A stretch of 64,000 bases of DNA from an uncultured Chloroflexia bacterium (GTDB taxonomy: Bacteria; Chloroflexota; Limnocylindria; Limnocylindrales; CSP1-4), in the NCBI GenBank assembly GCA_963720715.1, contig CAVRGM010000003.1, positions 45,427 through 109,426 on the forward strand, in the 5' to 3' direction. Shown here piece by piece: positions 37,753 to 47,399 of the stretch. Under the pieces are notes generated by a model. The model saw only the letters and a list, made by a program, of their open reading frames with translations, made no database searches and was not told where the DNA came from. Position numbers and translations under genes: made by a program. The stretch's first letter is position 1, and each line of letters begins with the position of its first letter.

Positions 37753-38705
37753 GCGAGTGCCCCGGCCCCATCGTCGGGCGCGCCCACGGTCGCGTGCTCG
37801 AGATCCGGCCAGATCGGGAAGAAGATCGCCCACCACTGGTCGGGCGCATCGGCGATGAGTTCTTCGAACGCAGCGGACAGGCGGGTCATCGTGGCGGTCA
37901 CCCGCTCGCGACGAGTCCCATCGGTCGGGATGTCGATCGGGATCAGTCGGCCGCGATAGTGGCCCGCGGCGGTCCGCCGCACGGTCATGCCGTACACGGG
38001 CACGCCAGACTCGACGGCCAGCATGGCCGGGCCCATCGGCAGCCTGGCGGGTGCTCCGAACAACGGGATCGTCGCGCCGCCGCCGGTCAGGTCGCGATCG
38101 CCCACGAGACCGACCGGGATCCCGTCGCGAAGCGCGTCCATCAGCGCCCGCCGAGCTTCTCGAAGACCGACCAGACGGATCCCGTGGACACCCCGGGTCC
38201 GCTCGAAATAGGCCTGCAGGCCAGGGTCCTCGATGGTCTCCATCGGGGTGACCGTCGTCCCGACACGGAGCGCGAGATAGATCACGGCCAGCTCGAGCGA
38301 ACCGAAGTGCAGGCCGACGAACAGGACGGCCTTGCCTGGCACGACGGCTTCGGCGATCAACTCCGGGGTGTCAAGGCTCAGACGCTGGTCGACGTATTCG
38401 CGGGTCACCGCCGGCGTCCGGGCGACCTCCAGGTAGTAGCGAGCGGAATGCCGGAACGACGACCGGACGAGACGCTCCAGCGCGTTCGGGTCGGTCGCGG
38501 CTGCCTGGACCCGCGCGCTCCCCCGGCCCGACGCGGCGAGGGACCCGCAGACCCGCCGAAGGTTGCGTCGCGCCTGGTCGGCCCGTCCAGGGGCAAGCCG
38601 ATACCACAGGTCGCCGACGACCTCTGCGACGCGGAATGCCGGGCCCTCAGGAAGCCGGCAGGCAACCCACGACATGGCCAGGAGTAGGCGGCCACGGACC
38701 GTCAT
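37749..38705 (-). CDS. lysophospholipid/lipid A-type acyltransferase (LPLAT, PatA-like)
   Basis: The start is at '[20 protein letters not shown]'. The HtrB/PatA family shows in 'AVLFVGLHFGSLELA' (HX4D-type motif region) and 'VGLVGDRDLTGGG'. The ORF track's N-terminal extension to 39578 overlaps the next gene and is rejected. Confidence 0.7.
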   Translation of the reverse strand: MTVRGRLLLAMSWVACRLPEGPAFRVAEVVGDLWYRLAPGRADQARRNLRRVCGSLAASGRGSARVQAAATDPNALERLVRSSFRHSARYYLEVARTPAVTREYVDQRLSLDTPELIAEAVVPGKAVLFVGLHFGSLELAVIYLALRVGTTVTPMETIEDPGLQAYFERTRGVHGIRLVGLREARRALMDALRDGIPVGLVGDRDLTGGGATIPLFGAPARLPMGPAMLAVESGVPVYGMTVRRTAAGHYRGRLIPIDIPTDGTRRERVTATMTRLSAAFEELIADAPDQWWAIFFPIWPDLEHATVGAPDDGAGALA

Positions 38706-39754
38706 GTGGCGGAAACGGGTTCGGGCTCGGTCGCGGCCTGATCCGCGTCCCCGGTGGCCGGTCCGGGATCCGGGTCGCCGGCCTGCATGGCTCGCGCTCG
38801 TCGCTCCAGATCGGCCGCCTCGGCTGCGGTCGCCGGCCAGGTCGGCTTGAAGCTGTACCACTGTTCCGGGGCGGGACGGATCGACTCGGCAAGGACGTCG
38901 GCGATGGCCTGGGTCGCCCGTTGGAGCTCGGCTGGATCCGTCGAGGCGACGACGATCGGCTCGCCCAGGCTGAGATGCAGCCGCCGATCCGGGAGGCGCC
39001 TGGCCCGGACCGGCAGGATCCGTGACGATGTCTTGGCGGCCAGCGTGGCCGGACCAGCCGGCAGCGTCGTCCAGCCATCGAACAGCTTCACCGGGATCCC
39101 GTCGCTCCGATACCCCCAGTCCACGAGCAGGCCCAGGAGCTCGCGGCGCCGAAGCACCCCGAAGATCGCGCGCAGGTTGCGCCACGGGATGAGCGTCGTG
39201 CTCCAGGCCTCCCGCTGGCGCTGCAGGTGCTCGAACAATTCGGGAAAGGCCGAGTCGTCGGCGACGACGCTGAGCGGCAGGCCGAGGTGGGCGATCGCCG
39301 CACCGATGACGTCGTTGTTGCCGACGTGGCCGACCGTGATGATGAGACCGCCGTCGGGGGCAGCATCGCGGATCCGCTGGATCTCGGCCGGGTCGAGACC
39401 CTCGACGAGGTCGATGACCTCGGCCTGGGGCAGGTACGGGACCCGCATCAGCTCGACCAGATATCGACCGTATTCCCGGTACGCGCGGAGAGCCATCCGC
39501 CGGACGCGCGGGTCGTCGGGCGGCAGCCCCAGGACGTGCCCGAAGTTCTGGTTGGACCAGGTCCGCCTGGTCGGCCACAGGAGGTACGAGCCCTGGGCCG
39601 AAAGCCCGAGGATCGCCCCGGTCGGACCGGGCGGCAGCGTCCGTAGCAGCCAGGACACCGCGCGGTAGCCGATGACGGCCGAGCGCTCGACGATCCTGGG
39701 GCTGGACCCGCCGCGCCGGTGGGGCGCCTCGAGCCGTTTTTCGGCGTCGGTCAC
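38702..39754 (-). CDS. second LPLAT-family acyltransferase (PatA-like paralogue)
   Basis: 350 aa with '[21 protein letters not shown]' and '[13 protein letters not shown]', paralogous to the downstream acyltransferase. It ends with a Pro/Ala/Asp-rich tail. Confidence 0.7.
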   Translation of the reverse strand: MTDAEKRLEAPHRRGGSSPRIVERSAVIGYRAVSWLLRTLPPGPTGAILGLSAQGSYLLWPTRRTWSNQNFGHVLGLPPDDPRVRRMALRAYREYGRYLVELMRVPYLPQAEVIDLVEGLDPAEIQRIRDAAPDGGLIITVGHVGNNDVIGAAIAHLGLPLSVVADDSAFPELFEHLQRQREAWSTTLIPWRNLRAIFGVLRRRELLGLLVDWGYRSDGIPVKLFDGWTTLPAGPATLAAKTSSRILPVRARRLPDRRLHLSLGEPIVVASTDPAELQRATQAIADVLAESIRPAPEQWYSFKPTWPATAAEAADLERRARAMQAGDPDPGPATGDADQAATEPEPVSAT

Positions 39755-40989
39755 TTCGCGGCGGTGGCCACCTTGGCCTTGGTCCCGGCCATCCGCTTGA
39801 CGGTCTTCTTGACCGGCGCTTCCGTGCCGACCAGGGTCTCGTTGTCGTCGCCGCGGATGAACGCCTCGACGCGGTTGAACGCGATGTCGTCGTGGATCTG
39901 GTGGGGCGGGCTCTTCATGAAGTAGCTGGACGGGGCCACGAGCGTGCCGGTCAGGCCGCGATCGAGTCCCAGCTTCAGACAGCGGATGGCATCGGTGATG
40001 ACGCCGGCGCTGTTGGGGCTGTCCCAGACTTCAAGTTTGAGCTCGGCGTTGAGCGGCACGTCGCCATAGGTCGTGCCCTCCATCCGGATGTAGCACCACT
40101 TGCGGTCGAGCAGCCACGGCACGTGATCGCTCGGCCCGACGTGGACATCGTCGGGATCCATCTCGTAGTCGAGCATCGACGTGACGGCGTTGGTCTTGCT
40201 GATCTTCTTGGACTCGAGCCGCTCCCGCTCCAGCATGTTGAGGAAGTCGGTATTGCCGCCGAAGTTGAGCTGGTAGGTCCGGTCGAGGCGGACGCCGCGA
40301 TCCATGAACAGGCGGGTCAGCACGCGATGGCTGATGGTCGCGCCGACCTGACTCTTGATGTCGTCTCCGATGACCGGCAGGCCGGCGGCCGCGAAACGGC
40401 GCTGCCAGTACGGCTCACGGCCGATGAACACGGGGATCGCGTTGACGAAGGCCACGCCCGCCTCGAGCGCCTGCTCGACGTACCACTTGGTCGCCTGTTC
40501 ACTGCCGACCGGCAGGTAGCTGACCATGACGTCGACTTCGCGTTCCTTGAGGATGCCGACGATGTCGGCGGTCGGGCCGGGGGCCTTCTCGATGACCTGG
40601 GACAGGTACTTGCCGAGGCCGTCGTGGGTCATCCCCCGCTCGACCGGCACGCCCATGGGCTGGACCTGCTGGAAGACATAGGTGTTGTTCGGCTTCGTGT
40701 AGATGGCTTCCGACAGATCCTTGCCGACCTTGTTCTTGTCGATGTCAAAGGCCGCCACGAACTCGATGTCCTTGACGTGGTATCCGCCAAGGTCGACGTG
40801 CATCAGCCCCGGCACAAAGTCGTCCTTCTTGGCGTTCTCGTAGTAGTAGCGACCCTGGACCAGGCTGCTGGCGCAGTTACCGACGCCGACGATGGCCACC
40901 CGGATCTTGCCGTCGCCGCGGCGACCGGCGCCCGCCCAGGTATTGGTCGGCTTGGAGCCGTTCTTGCCGTTCTTGCCGTTGGTTGCCAC
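39751..40989 (-). CDS. ino1: myo-inositol-1-phosphate synthase
   Basis: 412 aa with '[18 protein letters not shown]' NAD-binding, '[30 protein letters not shown]' and '[11 protein letters not shown]'. It is full-length Ino1 of the archaeal/actinobacterial type. Confidence 0.9.
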   Translation of the reverse strand: MATNGKNGKNGSKPTNTWAGAGRRGDGKIRVAIVGVGNCASSLVQGRYYYENAKKDDFVPGLMHVDLGGYHVKDIEFVAAFDIDKNKVGKDLSEAIYTKPNNTYVFQQVQPMGVPVERGMTHDGLGKYLSQVIEKAPGPTADIVGILKEREVDVMVSYLPVGSEQATKWYVEQALEAGVAFVNAIPVFIGREPYWQRRFAAAGLPVIGDDIKSQVGATISHRVLTRLFMDRGVRLDRTYQLNFGGNTDFLNMLERERLESKKISKTNAVTSMLDYEMDPDDVHVGPSDHVPWLLDRKWCYIRMEGTTYGDVPLNAELKLEVWDSPNSAGVITDAIRCLKLGLDRGLTGTLVAPSSYFMKSPPHQIHDDIAFNRVEAFIRGDDNETLVGTEAPVKKTVKRMAGTKAKVATAAK

Positions 40990-41006
40990 GTTGATCTCCG
41001 TTCTCC

Positions 41007-41645
41007 TTACTTGGTCGAGGTCTGGATGGCCGACTTGGCCTGGCTGCGGACATGGAGGATCCGCTGGATGACGGTGATGACGGCGCCGAGCGTGATGATC
41101 ACGAGGGCGATGGACAGGATGTCGAGGTTGCTCGTCGCCCCGGCGACGATGAGGCCGAGGCTGAGGATCACCAGCCGGATCTCGCGCGGCATGACCCCGA
41201 CGGCGGCCATCCCGGTACCGGCGGTGAAACCGAGCCCTTCTGACTTGGCCCGGGTGTAGCTGACCATGAACGCGGCACCGAGCGCCGCCGTGGCCAGGAT
41301 CGCGACCGGGTCAGATCCGGCCAGGACCCCGCCCCAGGCGATGCCGAGGTACACGATCGCCTCGCCCCAGCGATCGAACACGCTGTCCATGAAGGCGCCG
41401 AGGGTGCTGACCTTGCCGGTCGCCCGGGCGAGCGTGCCATCGAACATGTCGAAGACGCCGCCGATGAACACGACGATGCCCCCGACCAGCCAAAGCTGGG
41501 CGGCCAGCATGGCGGCCCCGATCGTGGTGATGCCGAAGCCGATGAGGGTCAGACCGTCAGGGGTCAGGCCCAGCCGGCCCATCCCGAGGGCGATCGGCTC
41601 GAAGACCTTCTTGATCCGGCCGCGGGACTCATTCGAGATCGTCAT
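41007..41645 (-). CDS. pgsA1: CDP-alcohol phosphatidyltransferase (phosphatidylinositol-phosphate synthase PgsA1-like)
   Basis: 212 aa with '[30 protein letters not shown]' = the D-x2-DG-x2-AR…G-x3-D-x3-D signature. It lies adjacent to ino1 and the acyltransferases, as in PI/PIM loci. Confidence 0.85.
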   Translation of the reverse strand: MTISNESRGRIKKVFEPIALGMGRLGLTPDGLTLIGFGITTIGAAMLAAQLWLVGGIVVFIGGVFDMFDGTLARATGKVSTLGAFMDSVFDRWGEAIVYLGIAWGGVLAGSDPVAILATAALGAAFMVSYTRAKSEGLGFTAGTGMAAVGVMPREIRLVILSLGLIVAGATSNLDILSIALVIITLGAVITVIQRILHVRSQAKSAIQTSTK

Positions 41646-41653
41646 CGACGTGC

Positions 41654-42034
41654 TCAGCCTGCCACGCCAAGAACGGCGCGTTCGCGGGCGGCGAACTCGG
41701 AGAAGGCTTCCTCACGAAGGCGGCAGATCGTCTCGCGTCCGTTCCGACGCGTCTCGACGACGCCGGCTGCGCGGAGGCGACCGAGGTGCCACGACACCAG
41801 GGGTTGGCTCAGGCCGACATGGGCGATGAGTTCGGCGACCGTCGCGTCGCCCTCGGCCAGACGCCGGACGATACGCAACCGGTTCACGTCGGCCATCACC
41901 TTATGGAAGGCGCGCAGCTGGCGCAGCTCCTCGGGTTGGGCGACGGCCGCGGCGATGGTGCCGCGGACTCTGGCGGGTGACGGGGACAGGGCGGGACTCC
42001 GCTTTGGGGCGGTGCATCGTGGCACATCAACCAC
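41654..42034 (-). CDS. ArsR/SmtB family transcriptional regulator
   Basis: 'LRIVRRLAEGDATVAELIAHVGLSQPLVSWHLGRLRAAGVV' wHTH. The start is uncertain: internal Met at 41896, or upstream up to 42034. Confidence 0.6.
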   Translation of the reverse strand: MVDVPRCTAPKRSPALSPSPARVRGTIAAAVAQPEELRQLRAFHKVMADVNRLRIVRRLAEGDATVAELIAHVGLSQPLVSWHLGRLRAAGVVETRRNGRETICRLREEAFSEFAARERAVLGVAG

Positions 42035-42142
42035 GGTTTATATCAATCGCCGTTGATGCTAGGCCTCTGACCGGGCCGTGTCAACCTCCCTGAGGCGCGT
42101 TTCGCGGATCAGGAACGCCGCCGCGTGACCCTGCCTGGCAGG

Positions 42143-42556
42143 CTATCGGGCCGATCCGGATGAACCCGGTTGCTTCAATCTGCGCCAGCCTCCCGCCCGG
42201 TTGTTCGCGATGATCTGCTTGAACATCGCGAGCAACGCCTTCGATGGGACCGTCTCGCCCGCATAGACGGCGACAGTCCTGGCGGTCTTGTTGTCATGGC
42301 CCGCGGTGATGATCCTCTCAGGATCGGGGACGATCGCCCCGTCGTACAGAAAGACGTTCACGTGGTCCTTCGTCGCGAGCAGGGCACAGATGTTGCCCTC
42401 GAGAACGAAGTAGGGCCGGTCGGTCCGCTTGATCGTCTCGACCACGTCGGGGTCGGCAGCATGGACCAGCTCGCGTACCTCGCGGCAGATCGCCTGTTGC
42501 CAGGCCGGCAAGACATCGATGTACGCGTCGATGCGAGGATCTGCGCCGTGGCTCAT
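42143..42556 (-). CDS. DUF1801 domain protein (YdhG-like)
   Basis: 137 aa from 'MSHGADPRIDAYIDVLPAWQQAICREVRELV'. The upstream part of ORF 42143..43204 is Arg/Asp-rich low complexity and is rejected. Confidence 0.55.
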   Translation of the reverse strand: MSHGADPRIDAYIDVLPAWQQAICREVRELVHAADPDVVETIKRTDRPYFVLEGNICALLATKDHVNVFLYDGAIVPDPERIITAGHDNKTARTVAVYAGETVPSKALLAMFKQIIANNRAGGWRRLKQPGSSGSAR

Positions 42557-42625
42557 GGTCCGGATCACGATACGCCACAGGCCGGCATGGCGATCGGACG
42601 CCTCGAACCGGTCTAGCATCTGCTG

Positions 42626-44173
42626 GTGGATCGGTCGGCCCTCCCGGGGCGCCTCGTCAGACTCGCGATCGCGGTCGGGCTGGGTGTCGTCCTGTCGACC
42701 ATTGTCGTCGCGGTCCTCGAGCAGCGGCTGGGCGTCCCGAACGCCTCGAGCCTGTACGTCGTGGCCGTGGCGATCGTGGCCATCACGTTCGGGATCGCGG
42801 GAGCCGCCCTCACAGCGTTCATCTCCGTCGTCGTGTACGACTACCTGTTCACGGTGCCGGTCCATACCCTGACCGTGGCTGATCCGGGCGAGTGGCTCAA
42901 TCTCGTGCTCCTGCTGTTCGTGGCGGTCATCGTCGGGCAATTGGCGGCGGCCCAACGCCGACGCGCGGAGACGGCGATCGCCCGAGATGAGGAATCCCGA
43001 GCGCTCTTCCAGGTCTCGAGATCCCTCGCCACACGGGAGTCCCTCGCGTCGGCCCTTCCCGACGTGGTCAGCGCACTGACCCGGTCGGCACGCACGGATC
43101 CCGTCTGGATCGCCCTCGGCGAAGACGATGCCGCCGAGCGGGTCGCCGCCCAATCGGGGACTCGTGCGTTGGACCGGGCCGGTCGCGGCTATTACGTGCT
43201 CCACGCCGATCCGGATGCCGCGTCCCGGTGGACCCTGGTCCGTCCACCCAGCGTCGGCCGGAGTCAGGGCGCCGCATCATCGACCCTGCTCCGAGTCCGG
43301 ATCATCGACGCCGGGAAGCCAGCTGGATCCATCTGGGCCGAACGACGTCCCGACCAGGCAACACCGAGCACGCAGGAGACCGCCCTGCTCCTGGTGGCGA
43401 CCGACTTGCTCGGGCAAGCACTTGCCCACGACCGGCTGGCCGAGGAAACTCGCCAGGCCGAGATCGCGCGACAGGCGGATGCGGTCAAGACCGCCCTCCT
43501 CGAATCCGTCTCGCACAACCTGCGGACCCCGCTGGCCTCGATCCGAGCGTCGGCTGGCACGCTGATGGATCCCGATGTGCACCTCTCCGGAGCGGAGACG
43601 CGGGCGAGCGCGGAATCGATCGATCGTGCGGCACAACGTCTCAACCGCCTCGTCGGCAACCTGCTCGATCTCAGTCGGATCGAAGGCGGTGCCCTGCGTG
43701 CCGCGCAGGACGTGGTCGACCTCGACGAGATCGTCGCGCGGGTCGTCCGCGAGATCGAGCCTCGGATCGGCGCCCGTCAGCTGGACCTGGCCATCGCCCA
43801 GGAAGCCCCAGTCCTCGGAGACCCGGTCCTGCTCGAGGAGGCCGTCCTGAACGTGCTGGACAACGCGGTCGTCCACACACCCAGGGACGCGACGGTCCGT
43901 GTGTCGGCCGGCGAGTCGGTCGAACCGGATCACATCCGCCTGACGATCGAGGACTCCGGGTCGGGGGTCCCAGACAATTCACTCGACCACATCTTCGAAA
44001 AGTTCTATCGGTACGGGACGAGCCCGCGGTCGACGTCCGGGACCGGGATCGGTCTCGCGATCGTCAAGGGCTTCGTGGAGGCGACCGGCGGCACCGTGTC
44101 GGCCCGGCGAAGCGATCTGGGTGGGCTCGCCATCGACATCGAGCTCCGGGCAGCCCCGGCGGACGCGACGTAG
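42626..44173 (+). CDS. sensor histidine kinase, KdpD C-terminal type (DUF4118 membrane domain + GAF-like + HisKA + HATPase)
   Basis: Four N-terminal TM helices, H-box 'ESVSHNLRTPLASIRAS', N/G boxes 'VLDNAVVHT…EDSGSGVP…GTGIGLAIVKG'. GTG start. It lacks the N-terminal KdpD/Usp sensor modules. Confidence 0.8.
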   Translation: MDRSALPGRLVRLAIAVGLGVVLSTIVVAVLEQRLGVPNASSLYVVAVAIVAITFGIAGAALTAFISVVVYDYLFTVPVHTLTVADPGEWLNLVLLLFVAVIVGQLAAAQRRRAETAIARDEESRALFQVSRSLATRESLASALPDVVSALTRSARTDPVWIALGEDDAAERVAAQSGTRALDRAGRGYYVLHADPDAASRWTLVRPPSVGRSQGAASSTLLRVRIIDAGKPAGSIWAERRPDQATPSTQETALLLVATDLLGQALAHDRLAEETRQAEIARQADAVKTALLESVSHNLRTPLASIRASAGTLMDPDVHLSGAETRASAESIDRAAQRLNRLVGNLLDLSRIEGGALRAAQDVVDLDEIVARVVREIEPRIGARQLDLAIAQEAPVLGDPVLLEEAVLNVLDNAVVHTPRDATVRVSAGESVEPDHIRLTIEDSGSGVPDNSLDHIFEKFYRYGTSPRSTSGTGIGLAIVKGFVEATGGTVSARRSDLGGLAIDIELRAAPADAT

Positions 44174-44185
44174 GATCGAGGTTCC

Positions 44186-44959
44186 ATGGTGCGCGATCGA
44201 GCGGACGGGTCACTCGTGCTCCTCGTCGAGGACGACGAGGCGACCCGGGCCGCGCTGCGCCGTGATCTGGTCGCGCGAGGGTTCCAGGTGTCGGACGTGG
44301 CTGACGGGCAGACGGCGTTGGCGAGATGGGAGGCGCAGCGGCCCGATGTGATCCTGCTCGACCTCGGCCTGCCGGACATCGATGGATCGGTCGTCATCCG
44401 ACGCGTCCGACGCGATGCGCAGACCCCGATCATCGTCCTGTCGGCACGCGACGCGGAGGCGACCAAGGTCGAAGCCCTCGAGCTCGGCGCCGATGACTAC
44501 GTGACGAAGCCGTTCGGTATGGCCGAACTCCATGCCCGACTGCGGTCCGTGATCCGGCGCGCGGCCGGGCCGGCCGCCGATCCGACCGGCCGGGTCGTGG
44601 CCGGCGACCTCATCTTCGATGTATCGAGCCATCAGGTCAGCGTCAGCGGACAGTCGGTCGAGCTGACCCCACGGGAATTCGAGGTCCTGCGAGTCCTGCT
44701 CGCCAACCGCGGCAGGCTGGTCACCCGTGGTCGCCTGTTGCGTGCGGTCTGGGGTGAGGCGTATTCCGGCGAGGATCACTATGTCCATGTCTACGTCAGC
44801 CAGATCCGACGAAAACTGGCCGCGGCCGATCGCCGGGGGTCGCTCCGGGGACTCATCGAGACCGAGCCGGGTGTCGGGTATCGCGTCCGGGGCGACGGCC
44901 ACACCGATGAGCGAGGCGACGATGCGCCCGCACCGGGGCCTGACTTGAGCGGTTCTTGA
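44186..44959 (+). CDS. OmpR/KdpE-family response regulator
   Basis: Receiver 'LLVEDDEATR…VILLDLGLPDIDG…DDYVTKPF' plus a winged-helix output 'LTPREFEVLRVLLANRGRLVTRGRLLRAVWG'. Confidence 0.85.
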   Translation: MVRDRADGSLVLLVEDDEATRAALRRDLVARGFQVSDVADGQTALARWEAQRPDVILLDLGLPDIDGSVVIRRVRRDAQTPIIVLSARDAEATKVEALELGADDYVTKPFGMAELHARLRSVIRRAAGPAADPTGRVVAGDLIFDVSSHQVSVSGQSVELTPREFEVLRVLLANRGRLVTRGRLLRAVWGEAYSGEDHYVHVYVSQIRRKLAAADRRGSLRGLIETEPGVGYRVRGDGHTDERGDDAPAPGPDLSGS

Positions 44960-45268
44960 GCCCTGGCCCGCCCGACCGACCGGTCCGCCTCTTGGGTCGT
45001 GGACCTACGTTGGAGGCATGCCACTCGTCCCGTTCCTGCACCTGCCCACGAGGCTTACACCGGATCCCGATGAGACCCTCGCGGAACTGACCGCTGCGAT
45101 CGACCTGGTCGCGGCCGGCCTGGCGGCACGAGTGGTCCTGACCAATCTGGGCGGCATCGAATCGGTCACGCCAGCCGCACTCGCTCGGGCGAAGGCCGCC
45201 GATGTCGCGTTCACCGTCGACCCTGGACTGGAAGGTCGGCTCCGGGTGGTGATCGGACCGCGCGCCGG

Positions 45269-47350
45269 GTGATCGGCGGCAGGCGGCCACTGCAGGGGCA
45301 CAAGCGAGGGGATCGGCGAGTCCGGATCGAGCGCCCCCACGCGACGTTCTTCCGCTACGCGGGACCGAACCAGCTGGTCGCACGCGAGGCAGCGTCCCGT
45401 CCTCGATCGCGGCTGGGGCGACTGGCGGCCCGGACACGCTCGACCGTCCTCGGACGGCCGCTCTCCAACCACGAGGAGATGGAGGAGCGCCTGCCCAAAC
45501 GCAAGGCCCTGGCGATCTTCAGCTCCGATCCGATCAGCTCGTCGGCCTATGCGACCGAGGAGATCCTGCGGGTGCTCGTCCTCGCCGGGACCGGTGCACT
45601 GCTCCTGAGTCTGCCGATCGCCGCCGCCATCGCCCTGCTGCTCGCGGTCGTCTCGACCAGTTACCGCCAGATCGGCTACGCCTATCCATCGGGCGGCGGC
45701 GCGTACGCAGTCGCGACCGCGAATCTCGGTCGTGAGGCCGCCCTCATCGCGGCCGGCGCCCTCCTGGTCGACTACGTCATGACCGTCGCGGTGTCGACGT
45801 CCTCGGCGGTCGAACAGATCACTTCGGCGATCCCGGGACTGTTCGACGAGCGCGTCCTGATCGGCGTCATGGCGATCTTGCTGATCACGGTCGGCAACCT
45901 TCGGGGATTGCGCGAATCAGGCAATATCTTCGCGTTGCCGACCTACCTATTCGTGGGATCGGCACTCCTGATGATCGTCGTCGGCTCGTTCCGGATCATC
46001 GTTCTCGGTGAGGGTGGGGCGCCACCCGACCCGCTGCCCGGCGCCCCGGATCCGCTCCAGGCCGTTGGCCTTCTGCTCATCCTGCGGGCGTTTGCCTCCG
46101 GCTCGGTCGCGTTGACCGGGACGGAAGCGATCGCCAACGGCGTGCCGGCGTTCAAGCCGCCGGAGCCGGTCAATGCCGCGAAGACGTTGACCGCCGTGGC
46201 CATCCTCCTGGCCGTTCTGTTCCTGGGCATCACGTTCGTCGCCGACAGCTTCGGGATCGTCCCGATCGACCAGCCCGAGAACAAGACGGTCATCAGCCAG
46301 GTGGCCGGCGTCGTGTTCGGGCAAGCATCGATCGGCTTCTACCTGTTCCAGACCTTCACCGCACTCATCCTCTTCCTCGCGGCGAACACCTCGTACAACG
46401 CGTTCCCGCGTCTCGCGGCGATCCTGGCCACTGACGGGTTCATGCCCCGCCAGTTCGCGTTCAAGGGCGATCGCCTCGCGTTCACGACCGGAGTCCTTAT
46501 GCTCTCGGCCGTGGCGATCGGGCTCCTGGTCGCTTCGGGCGGTGACACCCACGTCCTGATCCCGCTCTATTCCGTCGGGGTATTCGTGTCCTTCACGATC
46601 AGCCAGACTGGGATGGTCCGGCATTGGCGGCGGATGCGCAGTGCCGGCTGGCGTCGGCGGATGGCGATCAACGGGGCTGGGGCCGTGCTGACCGGTGTCG
46701 TCGCGGTGATCGTGACCGCGGCAAAGGCGCCCGAGTCGTTCCTGGTCGCCGTCGTCATCCCCATCCTGGTCGGGATCATGTTGTTCATCCACCGGCAATA
46801 TGCGAGGTCGCGCCGGTTGCTGGCCGTCCCGGAGACGGGTCGGTTGCCGGCGCCTCGTCGGGAGGAGCGTGTGGTCGTCCCGGTACCCGGGATCAGCCGA
46901 GCGGTGGTTCATGCGATCAACGTCGGGCGATCGATCACCGGCGACGTCCGGGCTGTCCTGGTGTCCGATGATCCGGCAGAAGCGAAGCGCGTGCAGAAGC
47001 GCTGGTCCAAGCAGATCCCGGACGTCCCGCTCGTTGTGGTCGAGTCCCCGTACCGAGCGTTGGTCGGGCCTCTGCTCGCGTACCTCGACGTCCTCGACGC
47101 AGCGTGGCCCCCCGAACGGGAGGCGCCGATCACGTTCGTCGTCATCCCCGAATACGTCGCTCGACGCTGGTGGGAGCGAGTCCTGTTCAACCAGTCGGCG
47201 AAACGGCTCCGTTCCGCGCTCCTGGGCCGGAAACACACCGTCGTCGTGAATGTCCCGTATCGACCGGATGACCTCGACCAGGAAGCACGGTCCATCGTGT
47301 CGTTGTCTGAACCCGAAGCATCCGCGATCATCGGACAGACGTCGCCCTAG
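45269..47350 (+). CDS. APC-superfamily permease with ~200-aa C-terminal cytoplasmic domain
   Basis: 12 TM core ('LPKRKALAIFSSDPISSSAYATEEIL…') followed by a soluble C-terminal region. GTG start at 45269. Confidence 0.65.
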   Translation: MIGGRRPLQGHKRGDRRVRIERPHATFFRYAGPNQLVAREAASRPRSRLGRLAARTRSTVLGRPLSNHEEMEERLPKRKALAIFSSDPISSSAYATEEILRVLVLAGTGALLLSLPIAAAIALLLAVVSTSYRQIGYAYPSGGGAYAVATANLGREAALIAAGALLVDYVMTVAVSTSSAVEQITSAIPGLFDERVLIGVMAILLITVGNLRGLRESGNIFALPTYLFVGSALLMIVVGSFRIIVLGEGGAPPDPLPGAPDPLQAVGLLLILRAFASGSVALTGTEAIANGVPAFKPPEPVNAAKTLTAVAILLAVLFLGITFVADSFGIVPIDQPENKTVISQVAGVVFGQASIGFYLFQTFTALILFLAANTSYNAFPRLAAILATDGFMPRQFAFKGDRLAFTTGVLMLSAVAIGLLVASGGDTHVLIPLYSVGVFVSFTISQTGMVRHWRRMRSAGWRRRMAINGAGAVLTGVVAVIVTAAKAPESFLVAVVIPILVGIMLFIHRQYARSRRLLAVPETGRLPAPRREERVVVPVPGISRAVVHAINVGRSITGDVRAVLVSDDPAEAKRVQKRWSKQIPDVPLVVVESPYRALVGPLLAYLDVLDAAWPPEREAPITFVVIPEYVARRWWERVLFNQSAKRLRSALLGRKHTVVVNVPYRPDDLDQEARSIVSLSEPEASAIIGQTSP

Positions 47351-47399
47351 GGATCGGCGGCTCCCGAGGGTCGGTGCGGATGGCCACTACACTCGGGCG

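Noticed and set aside
38706-39578. N-terminal 290 codons of ORF 37749..39578 (609 aa)
   Set aside because: This part overlaps the second, independently well-supported acyltransferase gene in another frame. The acyltransferase homology of the downstream gene begins at '[13 protein letters not shown]' (38705).
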